Shown here in pieces: positions 35,301 to 47,192 of a DNA stretch of 64,000 nucleotides. The notes below the pieces were generated by a model that ran no database searches, had not been told where the DNA came from, and saw only the letters and a list, made by a program, of their open reading frames with translations. Location of the stretch: assembly GCA_043228905.1 (NCBI GenBank), contig JBHGNT010000007.1, positions 11,160,001 to 11,224,000 of the forward strand. The letters are read 5' to 3'. How positions within the stretch are numbered: position 1 is the first letter of the stretch; the number at the start of each line of letters is the position of its first letter. This DNA comes from Azolla caroliniana (taxonomy: Eukaryota; Plantae; Polypodiophyta). The position numbers and the translations under genes were made by a program.

Positions 35301-37855
35301 CCCCCTTTATTCGCAACTCGCTGGCCTCCGGCAAGGGAGCCGCGATTGGCCTTACCTTCCGGTCCACAGTCTTGTACCTCGTGTCCACCCGGGCCGTCCG
35401 ATCCGACTCGAGCCCTCTACTGAAGTCCGCGATGACTTCGTACATCCTTTCCGAACATACCGGAATCGTCCGGTCCTCTCTCCGACTACCTCTCGCAGCT
35501 CCCCCAAGGTATCCACGAAAGAGACCACCTCCACGGCTCCGTTGATTTCCTCTCCAAGGACGAGGATACCACATGCCCGAAGTTGCTCCTCCGCCCTTTT
35601 CTTCTTCCGGCCAACAACGTCGACTATCGTACGCCCTCCGTTGTCGGAGAACCAAAATTTCCTACTTATAGTACAGGTCTTCTTTGCTATCGTACACTTG
35701 TGGGGTTTTCCAGGAGTGTCCGGACTATCGTGGCCCCACGCCTTGATAGCCCTCTCTAAAAATCCTCTCGGCTTTCGCCCCCGAGGGTCTCGCGGTTCCG
35801 CTCATGGTTCGGTCTCACCGTCAGGAACTAGACCGAGTGACGCCCATCCTTGCTCTTGACCCTTGCATAGGCCGAGCCGTTGTCCAGCACCTTGGTTTCC
35901 ATCCGTGCTGCCGTGATGTACGGTTCTCCTAGTATAACCAGAGGTGAGGACGTCTCCTGCACGAAGAAGTGCTGGTCAATCTCGACATCGCCGATCTTTA
36001 CTCGTACATTCGGGCAGGCTCCATGCAGTTCTTCGGTGGCACGCATCGCTGCCCGTATTTTCCACCCGTGCTTGGTGTTGATCGGCCATTTCCCTTTCTT
36101 ATAGAAGTCCATGGGCATCAAATTGATTTCTGAACCGTGGTCCACGAACGCCACCACCGGTTCATGAACATCTTCGATCTTCACGGGGGTCTCCATGGTC
36201 GCTCTGGCCCAGTGCGGCCGCGAATAATGGCTCTCCACCAACTCGTCTTCCAGCGCCATGTCCTCTATGTGCGTCGTCCGCACCTCCACCGGCTTCTCCG
36301 GTTCTGTCTCCGTCGACAGCCTCTTCCTCTTCACCAAGTCTACGATGGAGTCGTGGAACTCCTTCTTGGCGATCCCGAGCACTTCCCTCAGCGACAGTTC
36401 CACCTTGTTGTCGAGGATTCGTTCTTCCAGGACCTTTCGCAGGTCCATGGATCTTTCGATTTTTGTGCCCAGCCGGTACCCGCCCCTCTTGGGATTATCC
36501 TGGGCGCCGGTTACACCGGCCTCACTTCGTCTTTGCCCGAATCGAGTTTCATATCGTTGTGAGGGCATGGCCCCTCCGGTTTTCCCTACCCGCTTGTCCT
36601 CCACCAGAGCCTTGTAGTTTTGACAAGCGGCTTCGACGAAGCCCGTCTTTTCTTCCACCGGGTCACTCCACCGGGTCACCTCTCGGACCCGTTTTTCCGC
36701 GCAGTCCGCCTCTTCGTTCCTTAGTCGTGCGCTGGCGAGGCCTTCTAGCATCGTCGGCCAGAACCCGGCTTTGTTCATCTTCGGGGCCTCGCCACCTCCG
36801 ACCCGAATACCAACTGACACCGAGTAGTGGACGGTCTCCGCGTGACGAGCCACCGCCTCCTCCATCAACCTTTTCATACCCCCTCGCCCGACGTTCAGGT
36901 CCAGGGGCCTTCAGGTTTCGCTGGCGTGCACCCGACCATTCCACAGGTACACCACGTTGCTTCTCATCGCCTCGGCGAAGTCCCCGCAGTCCTTCCGGAT
37001 GTGGCCAACCGCGTCACACCACATGCACCTGTTTCCAGCCAGAGGTCATCGGTCACGGCCCTGTTCACTACCGTCCCTCCGTGCTTGGGCGATCTGGAGA
37101 TCCTTTACCATCCGCGTCAGTTCCTCGAGAGCTGCTCCCCCGGACGAGCCCTTGACCATGCCGGTCGAAGCCGATCCGGTCTCGAGCCAAACTCGGGTCT
37201 CTTCCCTTCACGTTGGAGGCGTTGGCTCGAGCTTCCTCGTTGTGACAGAGGCCGCCCCTGTCAATCCTTTGTCAACCCATTCCCGTCGTTTGTCGAAACA
37301 GCCACAGACCCTTTTCAACACGGCCCAGTCGGTCGTCAGCCCGTCATCGATTTCCAATAGGAGGCCTACCTGCTCCCGATCCCGCTCATCAACTTACTTA
37401 ACAAATAATAGGACACGGCTTCTGTCCAGAACGGTCCGGTCAAGCACCGAGAGGCGCGCGAAGCGTTCCTCAAACTCCCAGAGGAGCACCGACGCGTTCC
37501 TTCCTTTGTCGGGGGTCTCCACCCACTCCATGAAGTCCCGCTTCGAAAGTCGAAGCGCATCTTCAAGCCCGTATTTTTCGAGGAGCCGACCTTTGAACTC
37601 CTCCCAGGTCCGGCTCTCGGCCCGTACCTCGAGCACCTCCGTATGGATACCCGGCATCGCCACTCGAGGGAATCCGGCTAGACACCTCTCTTCCGGAATG
37701 TCCCTCATTACCATCTCAGCCCGGTAGGACGCCAAGTAGCTCGTGGCATCCTTCCCACTAAACCGGCCGATCGTACCGACAACCACCTCGATAGCCCTAT
37801 CAAGGGCGCCGGTGCCTTCGCACGCACTCACTATACGGTCCACAGCCGAAGCCAT
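32365..37855 (-). pseudogene. gag-PR-RT-RH-INT of the tRNA-Trp Gypsy, with frameshifts and stops
   Basis: Gag MASAVDRIV, CMWCDAVGHIRKDC knuckle, VDHGSEINL protease, DLYSGYDQ and PFMDDVPIKG RT, HDSPWVGH..CESC integrase, RWFGPY. Confidence 0.9.
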
Positions 37856-38283
37856 GGCTTCTGTTATTCGCTTAGCCGGACAAGGCCTAACACAAGGTGT
37901 CACGGAGACACTTCACCAAAGGGTGATTACGGCATAGGATTAAGATTCAACGATTACACCGACTTACGTAGGTTACGCGATTAGAATGCTTTGGTTAATT
38001 ACACGCGTAAGATATAACAGTAATTACAGAACGGAAATCAAGACAGAAGTATAAACATCATAAGCTCTATTAATTATCCGCTGTGATTACAATGGGGTCC
38101 GGGCCTTTAAATAGGTTTCCGGCCCGTAGTACAAAACGGTGCCTCCCGCACCTATTCGGGATCCGTCCGGATCTGGAACGGCATACCGTTTCCAGTCCGT
38201 CCGTCCACACTATGCTCATTTACAACTATATTTAATTAATTCCTTCACTCCGTATTTTGGACTCCTTGCCGGCCGGTAACACA

Positions 38284-38300
38284 TGGCACGCCCGTGGGAC
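38284..38300 (+). other. tRNA-Arg(UCU)-type primer-binding-site sequence, antisense to gag-pol, at the PPT position
   Basis: TGGCACGCCCGTGGGAC lies 2 nt from the LTR end; the known Tat-type Arg PBS is TGGCACGCCC(G/A)GTGGGAC. Confidence 0.75.
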
Positions 38301-38333
38301 AGTACCTTGTACGTCGAACCCTGCTCGGCCCCT

Positions 38334-41264
38334 TCATTGTTCACCCAAATTGTCCAAAATACTTTGTTCAAGAATTTCCACTTGTTCTTCCGGTTGTGGT
38401 TGTTGCGGCTGTGCTTGCTGCTGCTGTTGCGGTTGGGACTGTGGCTGTTCCGGCTGCTCTATGGGCGGCTGCTCCGTTTGTTTCTCTGACTCCGGCTGCT
38501 CCGTTTGACTGCTTCCGGTCCGGTCTCCTTCCAGTAACGGTTCCTCATCACTGAGGTTGACCGTAACCGGTTCTCGTTCTTTCTCTCCCCGGATCCGGGA
38601 CCTCTCGTAGCTTTCAAACTGGATCTGCGCCTCCAGCCTGTCGTCGTCCAGCTGAGCTACAAGTTGCCGAACCTGCCCTAGTTGGTCATCTGCCAAGGCT
38701 TGAAAGTCTTCGGCAAGCTCATCTCTTATGCCGGTGAAGTCTTCGGAAGTCAACATATAGCAATCATCTCCCTCCTTCCGCCGGTTCTCTACGTCGGCCC
38801 GGAGCAATTGGAGTTCCGCCGCGTTCGTGGCCCACTTGGTCCACCATTTGACGAAACCGTTGTCAATCAAGCTCTTGGTCTGGTTCAACCAGGCCCGCAT
38901 GATATCCTGGATGCGACTTGCTCCCATTTGCGCTCTGCTTTCCACCACTTGTCGCTCCTCCTTCAACTGCTTGATGAGATTCGCCGTATCCTCCGCTTGC
39001 TCTCTGTAGCGCGTCAGCTGCCCTTGATATGTCGTTTGCAGCCTCTGCAGTACCTCCGCCGCTCTTTCTTTTTCCACCTGCTGTTGCCTGAGGAGCTCTG
39101 TCCGAACCTTCTCCGCCTCTTCCAACCGTCTTCTGTTTTCCGCTTGTTCCTTGGCGAATGCGGTTGCGGTCCGATCAACTGCTTGCCGGAGCTCATCCGT
39201 CCGTTCCTTGTGCTCCGTTTGCAACCGTTTATACTCCCGGTGCAATTGCTCAAATTCCTCCGTTTTTTGTTTGAGCTTGCCGTTGATCTGGCGATGGTTA
39301 CGGTCTTCCCGGTCCTTTACCTGCCGGAGTTCCTCTTTCAGGCGCTCTACTTCTGTTTCGGCGTTTCTCCGGAGCCTGTCCTTCTCTTGCAGCATTTTCT
39401 CCTTTTCCTCCTTGAGCCAGTCGTACGCCTGGTGGCCTTTCCGTAAGCTCTCCTCGGCCCGGCGTAGATTCTCAGCAGTCTTTTTGAGTTCTGCCTCCGC
39501 TGCCGTCTTCAATTCTCTTTCGCGGCTCCTCAGCGCTTCTTGGGCAGCTAACTCATCCTTTAAATCCGCAAGCTCTTGGGCTTGTGCCGCATTTCTCTCC
39601 GGAACGGTTTCCGTTGCCGGGGTCTGATTGCTATGTACAGGTTGATCTGCCGCTTTATTCTGTACATTGCCCGGAGTCACCGGTGCTTGGACTTGTGTTG
39701 TCAAAGCTAATTGAGCCATTTCCCTTGTGACCCTGTCCAAGTCTTGTTCAAGGCTCCGGATTCTGGACCGGGCCGTCTCTAGATCTACGGTTGTGACGAG
39801 CAACCGTTCCTGGTGCGCTCTCTCTTCCGCCTCTATATACTCGACCGCTCCGGCGATTTGCTCGCCTACCCACCGTAGCCACATGCTACTGGTGCCTTGT
39901 TGCTGTACTGGTCGGGTCGGCTCATTCAACGTGGAATTGTCTGGCCTGAGTGCCTGCATATGCCGTTCTGGTTCTACTCCTTGGCCGCCGTGTGTGCTGG
40001 CTGGGCTCGCCGGCTGTTGAGTTCCGGTTCTCGCCGTCTCCGGAGCCGTTGGAATGACTTCTTCTATAGAAGTTGACAAGACTGGTTCCCTACGCACCGG
40101 TTCCGGTTCCTCCCTTGTGGTTTGCTCAGGTTGAGTTGGGGGCATTTCTGCCTCTCGCGGGTACGACCGCTCCCCTCCTGTCTCGGCGGTCCTACTTCTT
40201 GACCGTCGTTGGAGGTGCTCTTCTGGCTCCTCCGTTTCCTCTTCCTGTGTAACGGCATGTTTCTGTGCCATCAAGGGTTCCGGTTCCTTCTGTCCCGGTC
40301 TCCGCATGGTTATCTTGACGGGTCGGACCGGTGACACCTCCTCCGGTTCTGGGACCCGTTTCTTCCCTTTCGTCGCCGGCTTTGAGGTGCTTCCTTCCAA
40401 TACTCTTGGCCGCTTCTTTGGCTGAACGGTCTCGACCGGCGGCACGAGCAATGTTATCCACTGAGCTACGGCATGCCACAGCTTCCGGCCCTCCTTGCCA
40501 TCCTTTCCTCGTACCATGTCGATTGCCGCGCACAAACCGTCTGCAATCAACACCGGCCAGTCCACCTGGATCCCTTCATAGGTGGCTATGATCATCCCTG
40601 CCCGATTTTTTGGCATGACAGGGGGTCGGGGGTACACGTGGCCGTACTCATGGAGCACTCGAGCTATCTCCCTGAACAGCGGATCTTCGCCGCCCTGCGT
40701 TCGATAGCCTTTGCCGGCTACAGAGTACTCACCGAAATATCGGGTGAGTTGCTCCGAGGTTGGATTATCAATCTGAAAAATACCTCCCTCCGGAAGGCCT
40801 GTTAGCGCACGGATCGCTTCCTCGGTGATGACTTCCTTGTCGAGCGCCTTGATGACCTGGTCGGCTTCTCTGTGCGGTGGTGCTTCCATGATGGTCAAAA
40901 ACCCATCCAGTCCGTGTTGCCTGAACCATTTCCTGGCCGCTTCCGTCAGCGTTTGTGGTTCCATGTCTGCTTCGAGGTCGAGGAAAGATGGCGAGGTCGA
41001 GTGGTGATGAGAGTAAGAGCGAGAGAGAGAGCGTTCTGAATGCGGGGGTTCTCTGAGTGCAGGTTCGCGTTTGCTAAGCTTCCACTGCCTTGGTGCTTCT
41101 GTGCTTCTTGGCTCGCGAAATGAAAAGGTCTCCATGCGTTCTGCTTCTTCTTTGTGCGTTTTGGCGCCTTTTTCGAGCATGCACACGTCGTGTACCAATT
41201 TAGTATTAAGTAGCGTGGTGGCTCTTAAATGCCCACTTCGTACCTTTTCGCTCCTTGCTTTCAC
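38334..41264 (-). CDS. Intact extra ORF of the young Gypsy: plant-transposon-protein-like N-terminal domain, basic NLS-like motifs, long coiled coil, Q/P-rich tail (976-codon frame; likely ATG at 41180 or 40964)
   Basis: Uninterrupted 2.9-kb frame between the pol stop (41337) and the 3' LTR. ITEEAIRALTGLPEGG and QVDWP segments, KKRPR, KGKKR, E/K/R/Q/L heptads. No hydrophobic TM stretch. Confidence 0.85.
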   Translation of the reverse strand: MKARSEKVRSGHLRATTLLNTKLVHDVCMLEKGAKTHKEEAERMETFSFREPRSTEAPRQWKLSKREPALREPPHSERSLSRSYSHHHSTSPSFLDLEADMEPQTLTEAARKWFRQHGLDGFLTIMEAPPHREADQVIKALDKEVITEEAIRALTGLPEGGIFQIDNPTSEQLTRYFGEYSVAGKGYRTQGGEDPLFREIARVLHEYGHVYPRPPVMPKNRAGMIIATYEGIQVDWPVLIADGLCAAIDMVRGKDGKEGRKLWHAVAQWITLLVPPVETVQPKKRPRVLEGSTSKPATKGKKRVPEPEEVSPVRPVKITMRRPGQKEPEPLMAQKHAVTQEEETEEPEEHLQRRSRSRTAETGGERSYPREAEMPPTQPEQTTREEPEPVRREPVLSTSIEEVIPTAPETARTGTQQPASPASTHGGQGVEPERHMQALRPDNSTLNEPTRPVQQQGTSSMWLRWVGEQIAGAVEYIEAEERAHQERLLVTTVDLETARSRIRSLEQDLDRVTREMAQLALTTQVQAPVTPGNVQNKAADQPVHSNQTPATETVPERNAAQAQELADLKDELAAQEALRSRERELKTAAEAELKKTAENLRRAEESLRKGHQAYDWLKEEKEKMLQEKDRLRRNAETEVERLKEELRQVKDREDRNHRQINGKLKQKTEEFEQLHREYKRLQTEHKERTDELRQAVDRTATAFAKEQAENRRRLEEAEKVRTELLRQQQVEKERAAEVLQRLQTTYQGQLTRYREQAEDTANLIKQLKEERQVVESRAQMGASRIQDIMRAWLNQTKSLIDNGFVKWWTKWATNAAELQLLRADVENRRKEGDDCYMLTSEDFTGIRDELAEDFQALADDQLGQVRQLVAQLDDDRLEAQIQFESYERSRIRGEKEREPVTVNLSDEEPLLEGDRTGSSQTEQPESEKQTEQPPIEQPEQPQSQPQQQQQAQPQQPQPEEQVEILEQSILDNLGEQ

Positions 41265-41336
41265 GTCCGTTCATACCTCGATTTTTAATGTTTTTTATTT
41301 TTATTTTTTTTTATTTTTAAATGACGGTATGTGGTC

Positions 41337-44300
41337 TTACACATCCGTAGGTCCCTTCGGACCTTTACCGTTTTCCTTACGGTTTGCCGTGTCTTCCTTT
41401 GCCTCTGCTACGGGTTCCCCGTCGTCTTTTTCTTCCAGCCGTACCGTTCCCGGTATAGTGCCGGTGAGCTGCATAAACGGGTTACTTGGCATCGGTCCTT
41501 TATAGGGCTTTAGTCTAAATCCGTTCACCCACTTGCCTAGTACTTCACCGGCAAGTGTCCCTATCTGATAGGACCCGTTGTATTCCCGTGTCAGCCAATA
41601 CGGGCCTGTCCATCTGAACCGGAGTTTACCCGGCATCTTGCCCATCCTTGTTTGGAATACTAGCACCGGCTTTCCGATTTCGAACATCTTCTCATTACCT
41701 TTCCGGTGACGGTCAACGAACGCTTTCCGTCGTCGTTGCTCCAGTTCCATGTGTAGGATGCTGGCCAGCCGTTGCTCCTCCAGTTCGCATAGTGCTGCTA
41801 GCCGCATTTCCTCCGACTTCTTTTCATTCAGCCGTTCCCGTAGTTGGATCCGTAAGCTTGGTACCTGAAATTCTACCGGCATGACCGCTTCTAAACCGAA
41901 CGCTAGCCGGAATGGCGTTGTCCGGATACTTGTTTTGTATGTCGTTCGGTACGCCCATAGCGCGCTATGGAGCTTTGTATCCCAGTCCGTCCGGTTTTCG
42001 TTGACGATTTTGCGGAGAATGTTCTGCAGCGTTTTGTTGGTGGACTCTGCTAACCCGTTCGCCTGTGGGTAGTACGGTGTGCTTCGTTTATGGACCACGG
42101 CATAGAACGTTGTTAAGCTTTCCACTACCTGGCCGAGGAAGTGGCATCCTTGGTCGCTGATTAATTCAATCGGACATCCATATCGGCACCAAATGTTTTC
42201 GTACAGGAATTTTGTTGTGGATGACGCGGTGTTGTCTCTCAGGGCCTTAGCTTCCACCCATTTAGTGCAATAATCCGTTGCCACGATGACATAACGATTA
42301 CCCGTTCTCATTGCCGGTGGCTTGAACGGTCCGACAAAATCCAATCCCCACTTCTGAAATGGCTCTAGTGGAAGAACCGGTTGGTGTGGCATCCGTGCTT
42401 GCTCCGTAGGCTGGCCCATTCGTTGGCATAGGTCGCATTCCTTAGCATACTTCACGGCGTCTTTTAACGTCGTGGGCCACCACAAGCCGCTCTGCCATAC
42501 TTTTCTTGCCGTCGCTTCCCCGGCGTAATGTCCTCCGGCAACCCCACAGTGTGCTTCCCGTAAGATTACTTCTTTCTCGTCACTACGGACTGCCCGTCTC
42601 CATATTCCATCTGCTCCCTTGTGGTAGAGAGTGTCCCGTAACAGACAGAAATTGCGGCTCTGCACCGCCAGTCGTTTCCTCTCGTCCCGGTTCATTTCCT
42701 CCGGTGGTAGGCCCGTGCTTAGGAACTGGTGCATGTTTGTCAGCCATTTATCTTCTGATGCCACCGTGTCGTCCGCTGCCATTTCCGGGGTGATTCGGAA
42801 TAACTCTGCGTCCGGGAATTCATCCGCTACTCCGTCGCCTGATTCTCCGGACTCTAACCGGCTCAGGTAGTCTGCTACGGCATGCTGAATACCGGGCCGG
42901 TGGAAGATCTCGAATTCGAACTCCTGCAACAGCAAGGTCCAACGGGCCAACTTACCGGTCAAGGACGCCTTGGACACTAAGTACAGGAGCGCCGAGTGAT
43001 CCACATGGAAGGAGAACTTCCTTCCCAATAGGTAATGACGAAACTTTGTTACGCTGTAGATCATGCCCAGGGCCTCGCGTTCCATAGTCGAATAGTTCTT
43101 CTCCGCTTGGGACAGCTTCCGGCTGGCGTAATATACCGGTCGGTACCATTTGGGCTCCGTAAGTTGCATTAAGGCGCTGCCGATAGCGATGTCGGAAGCG
43201 TCCACGAACACATGAAATTCCTTGCTCCAATACGGAGGCTGGACGACAGGTGCTTGCGACAAAAGTACCTTCAGGGCATTGTATGCCTTGTCCTCCGTAT
43301 CCGTCCATTGGAACGGTGTCCGGTGTACCGCGGTGTGTAATGGTGTAGCCAAGTCAGCCAAGTGACGGAGCATCCGGCTGTGCCACCGGATCTGTCCTAA
43401 GAATCGGCTTAGTGCTTTGGCCGTTTTCGGTGCCGGTGCCCCTAGTATCGTGTTTACTTTGTCGGGGTCGACCGCAATGCCCTCCTTACTTACAATGTGT
43501 CCCAGCAATATTCCACTTGAAACTCCAAAGATGCATTTTGCTGGGTTTAAGCTTAGCCGGTATAACCTACACTTTTCAAGGCATAACCGTAGGTGCTGCA
43601 AATGGTCTTTTCCCCGGCTATAGACTGCAAAATCATCCAGGAAAACTTGCATGAAGGCAGGAATGTATTCGCCGAAGATCTCCATGATGATTCGCTGGAA
43701 AGTTGCTGGTGCCGTTTTTAGGCCGAACATCATTACTTCGGCCACAAACACCCCCCCATTCGGTGACGAACGCTGTCTTCTCCTGGTCGTCGGGGTGCAT
43801 CCGGATTTGATTGTAACCGCTGAAGCCGTCTAAAAAGCTATAAACTTCATGGCCGGCGACGGCATCCAGTACTCCATCCGTGAACGGAAGAGGGAATGCA
43901 TCCGTAATTGTGGCGGCATTTAGTTTCCTGTAATCTACACACACACGGATTTTACCGTTCTTCTTGGGTACGACGACGATGGGGCTCAGCCACGTCGCTT
44001 TCTTTACCGGCCGGATGAAGCCCACTCTTAGGAGTTTGTCGATTTCCTCCTTCACTTTGGCGGCGTAGTTGGGGTTCATTCGGTAACGTCGTTGCGCCAC
44101 TGGTTTCGCGTCCTTGCCTAAGTGGATCTGATGCTGATATAATTGAGGGTCCAGCCCTCGCATGTCTTCGTATGACCAGGCGAATACGTCGCGAAACTCC
44201 GTGAGAAGTTTGATCATCGCCGCTTTATCTTCCGGCTTCATTTCTTTGGCGATTCGTCCTTGCTTCCTAGGTTCACTTCGTCGAGTTGGGATGCCTTTAC

Positions 44301-47192
44301 CCGTTGGGAAACGGCCATTTCCCGTTCCAACGCTTCCTATGCTTGCCGTAATTCCCGAATCGCATCTTTGTCTGGTTCGGCTTCGGTTTCGTCCCGCTGC
44401 GGCAAGTATGGCGCTACGGCTTCAGCCACGTCAATCTCGAAGAGTGGTACGATCTTCGGGTGTTCCTCCAAGTACTGGGCTTCTTCGTCGTCTGCCAACC
44501 CTTCAAGCATGTTCACGCATTCCGCATATAGCGGTGTGCATTCCTTACCGTTGCTCGTCCGTGGTTGTGTCGGAACCCGGACCTTGGCTTTTCCGCGCCG
44601 GAAGGTAATCATATTTTTCCGCCAATTTTGCTTGATGTGTGTTGTTTTCAACCATGGTCTGCCCAGCAACAGCGGGTACGCGCCTTGCGCCTGTAGCTGC
44701 AGCACTACAGCCGAGATGTGAAATGTGTGGCCTCCTATGGGGACTTCCAATTTCCGTATTAAGCCCGTCGGCCGTACAGAGCTCGTATCCGCCATCCGTA
44801 GCCAGAACGGACATGGCTCCCATTCATGTATACCCAAGGCATTACACGTGTGGAGGCTTATTACGTTCACCCCGGAACCTCCATCGATTACTGTGCCGGG
44901 AAGTTCGTGCCCTTTGACAATAGCCGTAATCACCGGACTGCTAGTGTCCACTACCGTCGGTCCCTCCTCCGGGTTCGAGAAGAGGACTGGTGCCGGTGGG
45001 GCTATACCGTCTGTCATGCCCGTTTTTAGTCCTTCCGTAAATCGCGGCACGAGCTGCAAGAGTCTTCCTAACGGCAACGTGATCTGACATTCTTGCAGTG
45101 CTTGCCATGTCTCGTTTTCTGGGTGGCTACCGCCGGCACTCCCTATGGTATTCGCCTTTTGCCGTTCCGCGTCCGCGACGTTCCTTTCATTGGCTTCCTT
45201 CACCCATTCCGTCGCCTGTTTTCGTATGGCCTCTTGTGTTTCCCACTCTTTGGCCATGCCTTTCGACCGTGTGGTTACTTGCTGTACATCCGTCACTTCC
45301 GGAACCACCATATTAACTGCTGGTCGTTTCTCGTAGCTCTTTATCGGGCACTGGTTACTGTAGTGGCCTTCCTGCCTGCAGTAGTAGCAGTACTCTTTAC
45401 GGGTATTGCTGGATTCAGCATTGCTGGTAGCCGGAGTCGTTCCCGTAGTGAGTGGTGCGTTCTGTGCCGGTTGGCTCCTTGGGGTTCCATGTTCCGGGTC
45501 CCTAGGGTGACCACCTTTCTTGAAATTACGTTTCTTATTATTCTTATTTTTATTTCGGTAGTCCGGTCGTGGTGGATCGTAAAATCGGCCGTAGTCCTCC
45601 TGGTGCCTTCGGTAACCAGGGGAATGGTCTCTGTCGTATTGCTCGTGTCGCCTATTGGGCTCCCGATAGCGGTCCGATCGCTCATACCGGTCGTAGTTAT
45701 CATGCCGATTCCCGTACCGGCCCTCATTCTCTTGTCTGTCGCCGTACCGGACATCCTGTGCCGGTCGGTACCGGTTCATTCTTTGCCAACGACCTTCATC
45801 TTCGTCTCGGCTGTTTCCTGGCTCGATCCGTCGGACGGGTGGTGCTTGTCGGTTTAACAGGTTATACTCGCACCGGTCCGTTGTATGACTCTTGGATTGA
45901 CAAATCACACACTGGGTTCGCATGGTGCACTCCACTGCCGAGTGTCCGGCATTCAAGCTGATTGTGCATTGAATTGCCTGCCGGAACCGGAGATCTTCCT
46001 CGGTGGGTAACGCCCGTTGCAGTGTTCCCAGTGTAAGCCATGAGCTTGACTTTTCCATTTCTCTGACCCGGTCAATGACCTGGTCGATGGTGCATCCTCG
46101 AAAGTCGATCACCGTACACACCGTGCGTAACGGTTCCCGGAGTGCGTTTAAAAATATCGTCCGTAATTCCTCCTCCGGGGGTGCACGGGCAAGCTGGCTA
46201 TGCATTCGTTGGAAATGGATGACGAATTGGGGAATGCTTTCCCCTGCCTCCTGCCGGATCGTATAAAACAGGCCCACCATTGTCGTCTGGTCGACCTCCT
46301 TGTGGAAAAAATGCAAGAATTTTGCTTTTAATTCTGCAAAGGTTGTGATGGTCGCCGGGTCCTACGTCCGCCGCCATCGTGTCACCAGTCCCTCCAACGT
46401 GACTCCGAATTCCGCTATCTTCGAGCGTTCTTCTTCCTCCGGTGTCATTCGCTGGGACGTGTGATTTGCTTCCCATGTCTGCTCGAAGTCATGAACATGC
46501 GCTTCCGCGTCCGGATCATCGCGATACTTTGAGTATTGGAACGGCATGTCGTCGTCCAGTATTAGGCCGCGGTTTAGTGGCGTTTGTTGATATCTTTCCG
46601 GTTTTTTCTCCGGTTCCACTTCCGGTTCTTGTGCCGGTGCTTTTTCCGGTTCCTTTTCCGGGTCTTTTTCCGGTTCCTTCACCGGCTCTTCTTCCGGTAC
46701 CTTTGCCGGCTCTTTCGTTGGTGTCGGTGGCTTTGCTTCTGCCACTTCCGGTGTTGGTGGGTTGACGGCTTCCGTTTGCGGTTCCGGATAGCCCTGGTCG
46801 AGCGGTTCCGGTTCTGGAGTCGGCACGGTATCCGACCCGTCGTCCTCCGGGCCGCCGGGGGTATCGTTGCTGCTCCTGTAATTCGTGTGCGCGCTGTATT
46901 CCCCTTCGGAATCCGATTCGTAGGCTGAAAAGGCTTCTGCCTCGTTTTCTCCGCCTGCCAGCGCCTCGACGAGGCGTTCGGTTCCCCGGAGACTACCTAG
47001 ACTGCTTCCGTCGTCCTGGTCGCGAGTTTGCCGTAACCGAAGAGATTCCTCCGCGACTCTCCGGATCTCGTTGGAGAACGAACGATCCGAGCGAATTTCG
47101 TGCGCTGCTTGCTGGAAAGTCTCACGCCGTCTTTGCCGTTCGGCGAGGCGTCGAGCTCGGTCTGTAACCAAGTCGTGCGTTGGTCTAGTCAT
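41337..47192 (-). pseudogene. gag-pol of the young Gypsy (gag, PR, RT, RH, INT) with 2 in-frame TAGs and 2 frameshifts
   Basis: CYYCRQEGHYSNQC, IDGGSGVN protease, FLDGFSGYNQI and VFLDDF RT, VDASDIAIG RNase H, WGLDFVGP, SDQG, WTGPY. TAG at 46362 and 44337; frameshifts near 44260 and 43755. Confidence 0.93.

Noticed and set aside
38334-41264. Retroviral env gene or host SMC/myosin gene
   Set aside because: No signal peptide or TM helix, no ATPase/motor motifs, intronless and enclosed by the LTRs.
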